Assembly: GCF_964204645.1 (NCBI RefSeq)
Contig: NC_134027.1
Location: 26,560,560 to 26,624,559, forward strand
DNA length: 64,000 nucleotides
Source: Tubulanus polymorphus
Taxonomy: Eukaryota > Animalia > Nemertea
Direction: 5' to 3'
Below, piece by piece: positions 37,386 through 50,925 of the stretch (the stretch's first letter is position 1; every line of letters begins with the position of its first letter). Made by a program: the position numbers and the translations under genes. The notes beneath the pieces were generated by a model, which worked only from the letters and a program-made list of their open reading frames with translations, did no database searches and was not told where the DNA came from.

Positions 37386-39747
37386 CGGTTCCTGAACTTC
37401 GCTGAAAAAGCTGAATCACTGAAACGCTGAAACGCTGAAATAAAAACGCTGAAATTTCAGGGAATTTCCGAAAAACGCCGAAATTTCAGGGAATTCCCGA
37501 AAAACGCTGAAATCGTGCTAGGTACCAACAATACACGTTTTGAAATATTTTCCGGGCCGGTGTCCGCTGCCGAGTCCTGAACCGTGTTTTAGTCTCTACC
37601 TTCGGTTACAGAGACATGCATGGACAGTATGTGTGGAGTATATTTCTAGAGGGCCACTTGTTGGACAAATTAATTCGCTTGAAATCCGGATTTTTAATGC
37701 ATACAGGCAGCATAATTAGGAAAACCCATTCACAAACCGTGCAAGCCAACTTAAACACTATGCTCAATATTCCCTGCAAGACGCAAAATATCTTATTTGA
37801 ACGTTCTTGTATAAAACATGCAGCAACTTTTCTTTTGTCAACACGTTGATGGGCGACGGACTATGTCACTATGGTATTCTCTGAAGGAGGTAAATTAAAT
37901 TTGACAGCTAGTTATATAAATGATGCAGCTTTTGGACAAAAGGGATCTAACTAAATTTCTTTTTAATTCACTGTGGAATGGAATGGAATGGATTGACGCC
38001 AATGGCATGCAGTAGGCCCCTACGTATGGGTCATACTGATTAGCGTCAACCAATTAATCTAAATCGGGCTAACCATTCAACAACTGTGAATAATTTATTT
38101 GCTGTGGCATGATAATAATTAGTTTTTTTGAAGAAATGACATACCAACTGTTAGAAAAATGTACCGATTCTTAATTTTAGACTACTACTGAATCTATAAA
38201 AGGAGGAGTCATAGACAGAGTTGATTTGCTTAGCTGGTGACACTTCTTGTCAAGTACATCATCTCAAGTACTGGGTGTTTTGTAAGTTTAATTTCAGTAT
38301 TTATTTACTAAGTGCTGTTCTCTCGGACCTCAGTGCTTTCAAACTAGGCCCACCCCATAGGCTATATAGTCCAGGGTGCATTAGCCACTATTCTTTTATA
38401 TCCGACTAAAATGCACCTTTTTCTATTTTTAGATTCAGGCTTAGAATGTGCAAATTTTTTGAGATACTGAGAAATCAGATGGCACCAGTAAACTTCAACT
38501 GCGAAATTTGCAGCAGGATAGCTGAACGACACAATTTTTAAAAATAAAATGGCTATTCGAATGCTATTTCAATAATAACTTGATTCAACCTGAGAGAAAT
38601 AAGTCAATTGCGGATGTACAGTACACCCACTTTTCTTCCCTGTTTCCTGGTACCAAATTTTTAGTCTTAAGCTAAGCGATATTCTAAGGTATACTAGTGG
38701 ATTTCATTAGAATATGAAGCAATGGAACCAGAATTCTAGCCAGAGTTAAGCGAACTATTGATTCTGATATAATGTAAGAACTGATTTCCTTTGTATACTC
38801 TTGCAGAATGTGTTATGTTTTATTTCAAGCTGTTAAATAATATAGTTAGACAAATGTCCAATTATTGGATCTTTCTTGTTGACTCGTTTAATTTTGTGAG
38901 TTAAGAGTTCCAGTCAATCCACAATGTGCAGTGCCTAGCCTTCATCTACACTAAAGCCAAGCCTGTGTATGGGAAAAAAATATCGTTCGACTCCTATAGG
39001 CCAGACACATCAAAGCATGCAATACATTGCAGATAGTAGTCTCCGGCTAGTCGAAAGAGAAAGTGAACCACCTACCCGGGAACAGAGACACTTAAAGATT
39101 CCTTCCTCCTTGTAGAAATTGTAGAAATATGGCACCCAATTGTAGCAATGCTAAGTACAGTATACTATGACGGTTGAACCTTTCTTAACGAATTTCAATG
39201 ACACCGAAAATAGAATCAAAATAATCATTAGTTCCATGCTAGCACTTAATTTGGGTTATCAGGTTCAGCCTAACTGTACTTTCATTCAGCTACTACTTGT
39301 ATGAGACTTGGCAATGATAAGTTGCAAGAAATCACCAAACATAAGAAAAAATATTGTGAATTAATATTACTGTGATTAAGAATTTATTCAAATGAAGTGA
39401 TAACTTCATTGTTAGATCGTACCGGTATATGCACATAAAACTATGGCAAAAAACACATCTAACAATCCACGCAATCCGCAATCGATCAAGTCAATCATGA
39501 CGACGACCTTAAGGCATGTCTCTGTAACCGAAGGTAGAGCATAAAACACGGTTCAGGACTCGTCAGCGGACACCGGCCCGGAAAAAATTTCAAAACGTGT
39601 ATTGTCGGTACCTAGCACGATTTCAGCGTTTTTCGGGAATTCCCTGAAATTTCGGCGTTTTTCGGAAATTCCCTGAAATTTCAGCGTTTTTATTTCAGCG
39701 TTTCAGCTTTTCAGTGTTTCAGCTTTTTCAGCGAAGTTCAGGAACCG
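37386..39747. mobile_element. Non-autonomous Mutator-like (MULE) DNA transposon, 2362 bp
   Basis: Near-identical 234-bp TIRs at 37386-37619 and 39514-39747. Perfect 9-bp TSD tcaacgaag at 37377-37385 and 39748-39756. No transposase ORF recognisable inside. Confidence 0.9.
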
Positions 39748-39772
39748 TCAACGAAGTCATTGATAGAATAAG

Positions 39773-42700
39773 ATGGGAAGCAATCAGAGTCAAAGCACGA
39801 TTCAACATCAAGAACAAGAAAATGCAGATGACATCGAGCGAGGAATTACTGCAATGAAACATCCGCAACACGAGAAACTACAGAAACACGATGAATTACA
39901 ACGTTTAGCTCACATTTATACAACAAGAAACTATCTACATAAACATAGAAACAATGTGTTAGACTATGACAGAATTGAATGCACCAAAGTAAGTCAAGTT
40001 GTTTCAGTGAGTTTCAGGGGAATCCAGTCCGGTATTCAGACTGCACTGTCTCACACAATCATTTATAACACCTAGGCCTACTGGTAACGGGAACTTCTTC
40101 AATCTAACAACTTAAGACCAGTTTGAGCTCATTTTAGTTCTATAGGTAATTGTCAAATGATCATAGGGACTTCAGTGACCACTGTGACCATCAACCATGG
40201 TATTCATTGGACCCATATACTATCAGTTGTGACAAGTCCCTGCAACCCCTCAGCCTGGACACTTTGTTTTAAGGAGTGAATTAGTCAATTAAAGTGTACC
40301 AGGGCTACAGATTGATATCTGTATTGTGGAGAGCTGTAGAAACTCATTTAATGTCAGTTTCTGGGGAACATCATAATCTGCACTTTATCCTCTTTAGTAT
40401 CTGATCCTATTTGTCCACTTTAGTCTTGCTGTAAGTCCTCTCTAGTATCTGATATTTTTCTCCAGTATCTGCTGTTTGTCCCTTTAGTACATCTAATCCT
40501 ATTTGTCCTGATCTTCACGAACGTAAATGTTTCATTTCAACAGGAGAACATGATTTTGGTGAAGCAGATTTTTAAACAGTTGGATCCGACGGTGATGAAA
40601 TGTACGAATATCGAAGGTGATTTACTGCTTAGTATGAAATACGACACGAGTCGTGAAACATTGATGATTAAAGTCATCAGAGCTCGTGATTTAACTCCGA
40701 GACAAATCAGAGGAGCCACTGCTGATCCTTATGTTAAGGTATTTCAGATCACAATCCACTTGATTCAGTTGCAAGGCTTAAATTGAAGCCCAGGGGTCAG
40801 TTGCACAGTCGTGACTTAAGTGCAAAAGTTAAATCTAAGACTGGTCTTGAGTTATTAGATTGGCTATAGAACTAAGTCGGTCTTACACTGGTCTTAAGTT
40901 GTTAGATTGGCTATAGAACTAAGTCGGTCTTACACTGGTCTTAAGTTGTTAGATTGGCTATAGAACTAAGTCGGTCTTAAGTCTAAGCCCTGACTATGGA
41001 ACCGGCTCCTGTTCTGTAGCCAATCAAACAACTTATAAGCTCATTTTGGTTCTATAGCCAATCTAATTACTTAAGACCAGTCTAAGCTCATTTTGATTCT
41101 ATAACCAATCTAACAAATTAGCCTAAGACCAGTGTGAAAATTTAAGACCGTTTTTGTATCTGATTTGTTACTGCGAATGAATTTCATTTAAGAAACTGAA
41201 AGATTTTAATTATTGACTAATAATTTGTTTTTTAGTTGAAGCTGTTTCCCGACCATCATAGCCAGGGAATCAAAGAGACACGCGTAACTAAGAGAACTTT
41301 AAACCCGGTCTACCACGAGATATTCAGCTTCGATCTCCCGAAAGACGTCGTCTCAACTACAAAGCTCGCCGTTCAAATTTGGGATCACGATATTTTGAGT
41401 AACGACGATTTCATCGGCGAAAGTTTGATCGAATTGAAGAATTATGATTTCCAGTTGCAGCCGATCACAACAGCGTGGTTTCCTTTACAGAATGAGGTAG
41501 GCTTAATCGACGAACCTAGCTGTCTGTCTCTATTGTCCTCTCTTCGATGGGGTCCCAGGCATTCCATCCTCTGGATGCTGGGTCTGGATGCAACCACATT
41601 TCTATGGAGTGAAACTTGTTGCAATTTGAACATCTATCATATTTATGTCTTATTACACTAAAAACATTGAATTGAAAATAAAAATTTGGAATCAAAAATA
41701 GTTAAAACGGTAATTTCAAAAATTGTATCATGTATAGACATAGTTGTATAGTGCAGTTGTTATCTTTAGAACTGCGTTATAACATAAAATGAATTATGAT
41801 TTTATATGATGATTCGATGTGTGTCTATTTCAGACTGATTTATCTATAACTGGGACGTTGAATATTGCTTTAGGATATCGTTTCCCTCAGACTCTGCTCG
41901 TTACGGTAATCAGCGGCCATCAACTAGCGCCGCGAGATATAAATAATTCAGCCGATCCGTTCGTAAAAATCATGATTCCCGGTATTTCAACTATACATCA
42001 AACACAGGTATAGAATTAGAAATAGAATACCATGTTTTGATCGGATCACACTGGACTGTTGTTAAATAATCTTTATATTCTTCAGGTGAAAAAGAACACT
42101 TTAAATCCAGTTTGGAATGAGACATTTGAATTTACAGTTCCATTTGAGGAATTCCCATACAGGTTTGTATGCACCAGTACTGTAGATTATCATTTTTTTA
42201 ATTCCATGACCCAATTCATCGGTTGTGAATTCAATTTGTTTCTTATACATAGATATAATCCTACAACATTATCTGAACTCATAGTTGTGGAGCCATAATT
42301 CTTCCATTGAGCTTTATCAGTTTATTTTGATAGATACATTGTTTTCATTGATAGATACATTGTTTTCAACACCGTTGATCATGATACCATTGGTGACAAC
42401 GACAGTATGGGACAAATTATAATCGACCTCGGCAACCTTGACCCTGATATTGGTTACTATGGAGACTTTGAATTAGCCGATTTGGTTCGTATTTTTCCTT
42501 GTATTTCATGAGTTTGATATTTCACCTTTTGGACGTTGGTCTTCAATAAATTACAGAAAAACTACGAACTTTTCGTTTCAGAAAAATACGGACAGATTAA
42601 GATCGAAATGGTCACAAAAAGCTATTGCTCAGGAGTTCAAGGAGGCATTGGTCGCGCATTCACAATTTACTATGCCTGATCTACTGTTTAAACGACATAC

Positions 42701-43018
42701 AGGAAATAAAGTAAGTTTTGAAAAGAGATACTGTTAACTTCATGACAACAGGACCCGGTTTGACAGATATAAGATTTGGCTCATAATCAACTCAATGAAT
42801 ATAAACTCAGGACTCAAGAGTTTATTCACAACTATGGAACTGGATCCTGTTGTCTTCAGATAAGCCCTGGTTGTAAGGACAACAGGAATCTGATAGAGCA
42901 CTGCATCTACCCATAGTATTTCATGATCTAATGATATTTTCAGGTGGTTTCATTGACATGTCGTAAAGCTGGAGCTTCAACTCGCATGAAACTGCTGGAC
43001 GGTATACCAATTAGATAA
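39773..43018 (+). CDS. Double-C2-domain synaptotagmin/Doc2-like protein with N-terminal MGxxxS motif, 8 coding exons, ~418 aa
   Basis: Exons 39773-39988, 40544-40738, 41236-41496, 41834-42007, 42086-42162, 42355(or 42334)-42484, 42582-42710, 42944-43018, in frame. C2A: ADPYVKLKL...KRTLNPVYHEIFSF...WDHDILSNDDFIGE. C2B: ADPFVKI...KNTLNPVWNETFEF...DHDTIGDNDSMGQ. Confidence 0.88.
40794..41008. mobile_element. PIF/Harbinger-like MITE with three internal 47-bp repeats
   Basis: gggtcagttgcacagtc ... gactatggaaccggctc termini between cag and ctg. Related elements at ~42752-42848, 46488-46615 and 61519-61679. Confidence 0.55.
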
Positions 43019-44965
43019 ACACTCATACTACGAGTAAGAGAGGAGCTCCTGCTGCTGTTAAACTGCTGTCATATTAAATCTGTAATGTGAAAACTGATTT
43101 TATCATAAATCTGACCTGATGGATCTACTAGGCATTAGTAGCAAGTTTTTGTTTTCGATAGAATCAAATTTACCTTCAAACAGCTTACCGGTTATATTGA
43201 TTCACAGCATACTACATGTATGATATTTAGTTTAGTACAATCCGTCCATTGAAATGTATTATTTTGTTGAAAGGGACTCTGGCAATATATCCTGGCTGGT
43301 CCAGGTGTAACTGTGTCATTGCAATCATTGAATAAATCAAAATCTATCTTATAGCTTTAAATCAATATTGATTATGTACACATCTGATAGATTTGTAGTT
43401 TTTTATGGGAACTTTGTTTCTAGTTTTCGCACAGAAATATATACTGGTATATACATGTATTTATTGATTGATTTGCTTAGAAATAAATAAGACAATCACC
43501 TAAAATCTGTTTTTGTTTTAAATTTGTCGTTGACATCAGCGGAATTCTGGATGATGCATTGCAGTATAAACTGTATGGTTCTGACGCTAATGAAGAGGAT
43601 GTATCTAGTTATTACATACAGAACATAACGATATTTTCACCATTATTGGAATTTTGCTGATCTGATTGCAAATCTTTTCAATGGTTCCTGATCCTTGATA
43701 CTGATACTGTTTCTGAGTAAACCTGTTGGGGAAGTGGTAGGCCATCACTTGACAAATACATCTGAAATGCTACAGGGGATTTAGATGAGCATTGTCGTCA
43801 AATAGCGATGGATAAACAATCAATGTATGAAAATTGCAAACCATTATATAACTAGCCTTCTAAGAATATGTGTTAACTATAAGATGCAAACAGAAGGCTC
43901 AGATTAGATTCTGGTACTTGGCATTGTGAGGTAGAGGCCACTATCTAGATAAACAGATAAGATCTTAAGAAATAATTATTATCAAGGCTTATTCCACAAT
44001 GAAGCTTATCACGTGATCAAATTGATTATGAAATAATTGACAATGTTATGGAGAGCACAAACTTTCAAACAATTACCCATTGGTCGTGTTACTACCTACC
44101 ACACAGGGCTTGAATCCTGTAGGTTTCAAATCCTGGCTCCTTTTTGGCTACAAAAATCTATTACTTCGTTAGTTTTTCATCATAACAATACCAACTATTT
44201 CATAATCAACCATTGATATTCAGCTGCATTCAAGCTGTATTCATCCAGACTAATTCATAACTCAAATAAGAGTACTAACCTCACATCAATTACATATACA
44301 TGATTTTATTTCAACTAAAGCCAGCATCAAATAAATTTTACATGCCATTAAATGGTCAAAGGCAAAGCTTTACTGAAAATAATAATTTCATACCTACAAT
44401 TAGCTCTAAATTAGAAAGAAACTATACAAGATTTTACACAAAATAATTTGTGCAGATTTGATTTAAAAAAATACATCGCTTAAAAGCCAGTAAATTGCAT
44501 TTGGAAAAACTTGAAAGTGGGCGGGATAGAAATACTGCGATATATAAAGAGATTTAAGAGAAATATCACTAATACAATCGTAAATAAATCATCACAAATT
44601 TGTTTAAAACAATAGTTGAATTATCAATATTACAATCTATATCTATGTATATAATAATCAATAATACAATCGATATATCTACAATGTTTAAATTGTTTCG
44701 TCATTTTAAGGAAAATTCATCCATGTGTTATACATCACAAGTGTGTTTCATTCGACTAACAATTGATCACATTTAAAGCATATTAAAATCATTATGCATA
44801 AAAGTCTCTAACCGAGCGATTGTCTGCATTAAAGTATATTCATTTTTAATCATCCAGAGAATATGGAACTCCCATGTTGTGTAGGTGGTCAGTAATCATT
44901 TAGCACAGTTTCCTAAATCATCGATCTTTTCACTGGGAAAGCTGACAAAATTCTCTAGTTCTCAG

Positions 44966-47900
44966 TCAGACGGCAGTCGACATAATGTGTAACTTTCCAC
45001 TCGTTGAGTTCGTATCATCCTGAAAATCAAATAAAAACAACTCATGTCGATTGAGGTGTTCGAGATGATGTAATATTTGGTTAAATTCCTTGGTTAAACA
45101 ATAACTAATGAAACCTTTAAGAAATCAATGAACTTATGTTAAAACGTGATTTTAACACCATGCATTGAACATCACCTTCATACAACGATATAAACTATCA
45201 TACACCTATGAACAGAACCCACAGATGATGATTTAACAGTTTATTCTGATAGTTTCAAAGTTTTGGCTAAACTTTATCATCAGAGAAATGAAAATCGTTT
45301 GTTTTTCTGATGAAGTTTAGATAAAATTGTCAGAAAATAAATCGGCAATCATCACCTGCAGGTTTATTAACCCTGAAATACTGAGATCAGTACCAGTCAT
45401 CCTATTCGAATTTTTTCTCGGAACAGAACTGAGGAGGTGCAGCCACCAATGAGAATACTAATTAAGATAAATATCAGTAAATTACATACCGACTACGAAC
45501 GAAAAAATAATCTCTTCGCTCGTAAACGCTAAACAGTCGAAAATAACATTTTATCTATCAACAGATTTATCAAATTCGAGTTTCAGGCGCGAAATTGAAT
45601 TACTCACCTTTGCTTTCATTATGCTGTGTTTAGTTTTAAAATCGACAGAATTCGAAGTATTCTAAAATTATAAACATTCATTATAGAAAATAAAGAGAGA
45701 AGGGAAGCATAAGTCTAGTATACCGGTAACCGGTAAAAACTTACCGCGTTTTTATCCTTTGGAGGAGGTAAATTCTCCTGATTCTGTGTTGGTTTCTGTC
45801 TCGGAGTACGTTTTGAAAATGGCTTCTTGAAAACATCTTTGTCCTAGTAAAAAATTACAACCGTAATACAAAGGTACAATATCAAAAAATACATAAATGT
45901 ATCATTTATTTTTTACGATAATCATCAAAGCTTAGGTTTTGAGTTTCGAGGAAAATGAATTTACCTTCTGCGAGTTGAGAGAAATGTTGTGCCAAGATTT
46001 AGAAAGTACATCTTTTTTGTCCGCCACTGATTCATATTTCTTCACCTGAAAATGAGCGTGGGACCAGTAAATTTCAAACTCACATTGATAAAGTACAGTG
46101 ACTATAATATTTACAGCAGTCTTTACACTACTGAGTAAGGCTGTGTCTTTACAGAGTAGAATAGTACAGGTCAGCAGTAAGAATTTACCTTTTTAGCTTG
46201 AGGTTTTTTAATAACAGTGTTTGTATCTTTCAGGACACTGAGCTGATCCCATTCATAATCTACGTGGAGAGGTTCATCTTCACATGAGAACAAATTCCCG
46301 ATTCCATCTGAAACGACAATAAATTCAATAAACGAGATATTTGCATGGACTTTTTATCCTGGCTTTGTGGATAGGTTGTTTGACCCAAACCAGTGAAACT
46401 AGCTCAAGATCAGCGGTTACAGACAGTTCTGAGAATCATCAACGGAATAAAGGAACTTAATCGGAAGAATAAGAAGAACATGATCGAGGGCCAGTTGCTC
46501 AAAGGTTGGTTAAGAATAACCAGCAGATAAAAACTATAGTTACAATGAACTTTTAATGATCACTACGTCAACTATCCACTAGTTAGCTCAAACTAACTTT
46601 TGAGCAATTGCAGCACCTCATTACTTTATTCAAGATAAGAATGTTCTCAACTTACGAGGAATAGAAGAAGTTTGATCTAGATGTGACGATGTTAAAGGAC
46701 CGTGCGATATATCTTTATTGTTGTTGATATAATTATCTGATTGCGAGATTATCGAATACGGACTTGTGAGTCGAATATCTGAAACACTAATAAAAACAAC
46801 ATCAATGCATAAAATTTCATGTTTGGGGTCGAGGGGATGAAGATGACCCATTATTATACACAGGGTCCAAAAAGATCACAGTCATTCCTGGATATAAGTG
46901 TCTGCATCACTTTCAAATACCAATTACTGTAGACTCCTCCTAAATCGATACTGTTTATCTCAGTAAACCATTAATTCAGTGGTTTTCTAAGCAAATTCTT
47001 ATCCTTCACAATACTAAACTCAGTGTTTAATTTTGCAACCCTCTTATTGGGTAAAAACAAATCACAACTCTACCGACCTAGGCTTAGTCTACTGTCCAAT
47101 TATAAACTAGATAAACATTTCAAATTGCATATCTCCCAAAATTGAAAGAGTTGTAAAGGAATTTCAGGCATTTTGCTCAAATAAAAGGAATTTCAAGCAT
47201 GTTTAAAAGTATTCTCCATTTAGAAGGAGTTTTTTAGGAATCAAGTCGCAAGGACCGTGTTCTATACTAACCCGGAAATGTGTAAATCAGATTTGTAACT
47301 TCTATCAGGCTGAACACTCATGTAAGACGTCATCGAAAGATTTCTTCTGTCAGACGAACGTGAAATATTCATCGAATTCACAGACATATTGTCCATATCT
47401 GAAATATCGGAGAGAAATTTACCATTAATCGTAAGTAAGTTTAAATCTGAACTAGACGCAGTACATAATACGCCGTGTATATATCGACTTCATTTACCTA
47501 TAACACACCACGAGTGACCTATATCATTAGTATCGCATGCACGAAGAATCTCGGTAGACCCGGGCGCCATTTTAAAACATGCAGATCGTATTGAACTCGA
47601 TCGATTTAAACCGTACATGTATTTAGTGTTTAATGATATAATACGTTTTTCAAGCGCAGCTTTCTCTTGAACTGTAAGCAACAATACAATGAGTAATAAT
47701 ACATAGAACTAACTAATCATAAACATACAATCCCAGCACCTGAGCGCAGTACCACAATCATAGCTTAGATTTATAAACCAGCCTCAAACCAACAATAGTT
47801 CTACAGACTTCAGAGGAACCTTGTTACAACAACCTCAGATGTAATTATTTACTGGGATTACAAACCTATAGAATTTAGTCCCAAAAAGGACAATCTCATT

Positions 47901-50246
47901 AATTTCATACCAGAGATAACAAACTCTCGGTTAAAACAAACAGATTTTCTGGTCTCCTGAAGTTCGTTGTAACGAGGTTTCACTCATAGCTAATCACACA
48001 ACATTAAGACCTCTAAGTCATAACTATATAACTAGTACCTGATCTAAAACAGTGTTACAACATTTCATACCTGTTTTTTCAAAGTTGTGTTGCTCCTCTT
48101 TCAATCGTTGTTTCAGTAATTTATTTTCACATTCGTGTTTTTCGAACAGCCGTCGTTCGTCCGCTCGTAGTTCCTGCGAACGACGTAACTCACACTGAAC
48201 TCGCGCCAGCTCTATTCGACAACTCGCCAATATTTCTTTCATATCACGTTTTTCTTTATTCAGACTCTCAACTAATTCCTGTGAGTTAAAACATTGTGGG
48301 TTGAAACATTATACATCTCCCAATTCACTGTCTCTTGACCCTTTCAATGTGTCTACATGACACTGCCGTGTATAAATCGGTGATTAACTTTGCCAGTACA
48401 CTGCATCGCAGTGTATTGATGAATTTGAGTAATTAGTTTTAATCTCTATTAAAAGATGACAGCACCAGTCAAACAGTGAAAACGATACACTGCACCATAG
48501 TGTAGACACACTTTTGTGGTATGCCTGTTATACAACTTTCAAAAATTTCTCATTTTGTAACATTTTACATTAGTTTTAATCTCTATTAAAAGATGACAGC
48601 ACCAGTCAAACAGTGAAAACGATACACTGCACCATAGTGTAGACACACTTTTGTGGTATGCCTGTTATACAACTTTCAAAAATTTCTCATTTTGTAACAT
48701 TTTACATTAGTTTTAATCTCTATTAAAAGATGACAGCACCAGTCAAACAGTGAAAATGATACACCGCACCATAGGATAGACACACTTTTGTGGTATGCCT
48801 GTTATACAACTATCAAACATTTCTCATTTTGTAACATTTTACAGAATTTACCTTCTCAGATTTTGCTTCCTCTTCAAGTGATTTAATTTGAAAGATCAAA
48901 CCCTGACGCTCCTCTTCAAAGCTATTTTCTATTGTAGACCTCTCGGCTATGACTTTTTGAAGCTCAGTTTGTAAATTATTAAGCTGCACCGTCAGATTCT
49001 CAATCCTCGTCAAACTAAAACCATCTTTCTCTTCGAGAATTTTCAGTTTTTCGCATCTGGCATTTTCTTCCAACCTATTCGAAATCGCGATGTCCAATTC
49101 CTGACTGAGAATGGATATTTTCTGTTCAAACTCGTGTTTTAAAGCCGCGTGATGAGCGCCCTTCTCTAACTCAACTTTCAATTCAGTTTCCGCGTCGATG
49201 ATCTTATCCATGAGATATTTCTCATCCACTTTCCACTCATCTTGTTTAACGAAGAATTGTTTTATTCGTTCGTCACGTTCGGCTATCGTTTGTTTTAAAG
49301 TGTTCACATTATGCCGATCTTCGACGTTGTAAATCTGATTTTGAGCCATTAATTCTTCGATGTCTTTATTCGCGACGAGAGCCTCGCGAAGTTTATCCTT
49401 CAACACTTCGATCTCTTTCACCATTTCGTCCCGTTCCGTTTCCAGATATCGAACATTCTCTAATTCGACGTTCAGTAAATCGTGAACCTCGTTCTCGCGA
49501 TGACGCGCGTCGTTTAAAACCTCTTCGACATGTTTTAGTTTATTATTAAGATCAGTATTGTTAGAAAGCTCAGCTTCAAATCGGTTTCTACAAATCATCA
49601 ATGACATATCAGCTCTCACCAACTGATCTACGTTTCTGTACAAATCGACTTCAAGCTTTTCCATTTTCACGTTTAAATCATCTTTAATTTCCATCTGTTT
49701 TTCAGTTCGAAGTTTACTCAAATGTTCCGCCAAAGCTTCGTCTAATTTCTGAGTTAAATCCAACTCTAAATCGACGACAGATTTCTCTCGTTGATTTGAC
49801 TCATATTTTTTAATATCTCGCTGCAGATTTTCAACCGTCGATTCTAAAGAATAGACAGTTTTCTGTAGCTGATCGAGAGTTTTGTTTTTACCGCAAATGA
49901 TCTCATGAAATTGACGCTCACGATTCCTCATTTCAAGCAGTAAAGTTTCATTTCTTTGTTGCAGTCTAGTGACATCAGCAGTAGGGGTATCCTGACAGAG
50001 TGCAACAGTATCGTTGGTATCCTGAGAGGTTGCAATGTCGGTCTGATCCTGACAGGGTGCAGCAGTATCCAGTGGTCGGGGAATTTGGGAGGACTGAAGT
50101 TGTTGTAGGTCTTCACAACAGTTCATTAGGCCTATTCCTTCCTGCTGCTGTGGATCTTCACACACTAACATAGACATTTTACTTCCATCGATTTCATTCT
50201 GCTTAATACAAATATCACTGTGATCATCTTCGTGACCTGAATCCAT
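44966..50246 (-). CDS. Long coiled-coil protein (~810 aa) with NuMA-like C-terminal motif
   Basis: Exons 50246-48852, 48278-48071, 47671-47498, 47398-47272, 46786-46656, 46307-46189, 46045-45965, 45843-45745, 45661-45608, 45019-44966 join in frame. An alternative last coding exon may be 45528-45493. Heptad-rich N-terminal two thirds; GNLFSCEDEPLHVDYEWDQLSVL in the tail. Confidence 0.75.
47811..47985. mobile_element. Tc1/mariner-like MITE
   Basis: cagaggaaccttgttacaac ... gttgtaacgaggtttcactc. The same family occurs in reverse orientation at 53567-53724 (shared gaacttcaggagaccagaaaatc). Confidence 0.6.
48433..48843. repeat. Tandem repeat, 137-bp unit, 3 copies (intronic)
   Basis: ttagttttaatctctattaaaagatgacagcacc... 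starts at 48433, 48570 and 48707. The unit includes the right end of a small gtgtctaca...tgtagacac MITE (48349-48510). Confidence 0.92.
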
Positions 50247-50773
50247 ATTGAATTCTATCTTATTCCGCAGGAGTCTAAACCCTTGCCCTGTCTGTCAACA
50301 CTAAACTATTAGGCCTGGGTGGGTTTGATTTTCTGTGATCTGCTGGTGTGTGTGGTCGTTTGTGCGTGGATAATTAATAAAAGACAGTATTGAAAGCACC
50401 GATTCCTACATGCTGAAAATAAAGTTCTTTTTCGTTGCACGCGTTGTTTTCCTCTGAAATCAGCAGTTCTATAGTTCAATCGCCGACTCAACGAACTAAC
50501 AACATTATCAAAATCTTGTTTCATCAGTTTAAAGTTACCGGTGCCAATTCAATTCAATTTATTACTTCCGCGTATAGGCGCGCCATCTGTTACTACACAG
50601 AGCCAATACTCGCTTGCCAGGGTACAATTTTATACAAAAGACGGTTCATAGCCTTTTATCCCACTTGCCAGGGGAGTTTTCTACAAAATAGCTTTTTTTT
50701 CATGCTTTACTGCAGAGCACGAGCTCTATACTTTGTAAATGCGAATCAACTGCAGCTCAAGCTAGCTGAAATC

Positions 50774-50925
50774 TTGACCGTTAAGTGCTGCCTCTATACA
50801 TATCGTTAACGGTGAATATGTGAACTAACTTATTACCCGCATGCTATAGTGGGAATATAGTGCCGTCGAATTAGTTCACGCGATCGCCGCTATTGTTTTA
50901 TATAGGGGCAGCACTTGACGGTCAA
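50774..50925. mobile_element. Small foldback element
   Basis: ttgaccgttaagtgctgcctctata ... tataggggcagcacttgacggtcaa, with an inner gtgaactaa/ttagttcac pair. Confidence 0.6.

Noticed and set aside
37620-39513. Transposase or captured gene inside the Mutator-like element
   Set aside because: Only short ORFs without DDE or other recognisable motifs. A BLASTX search would be needed to exclude a decayed fragment.
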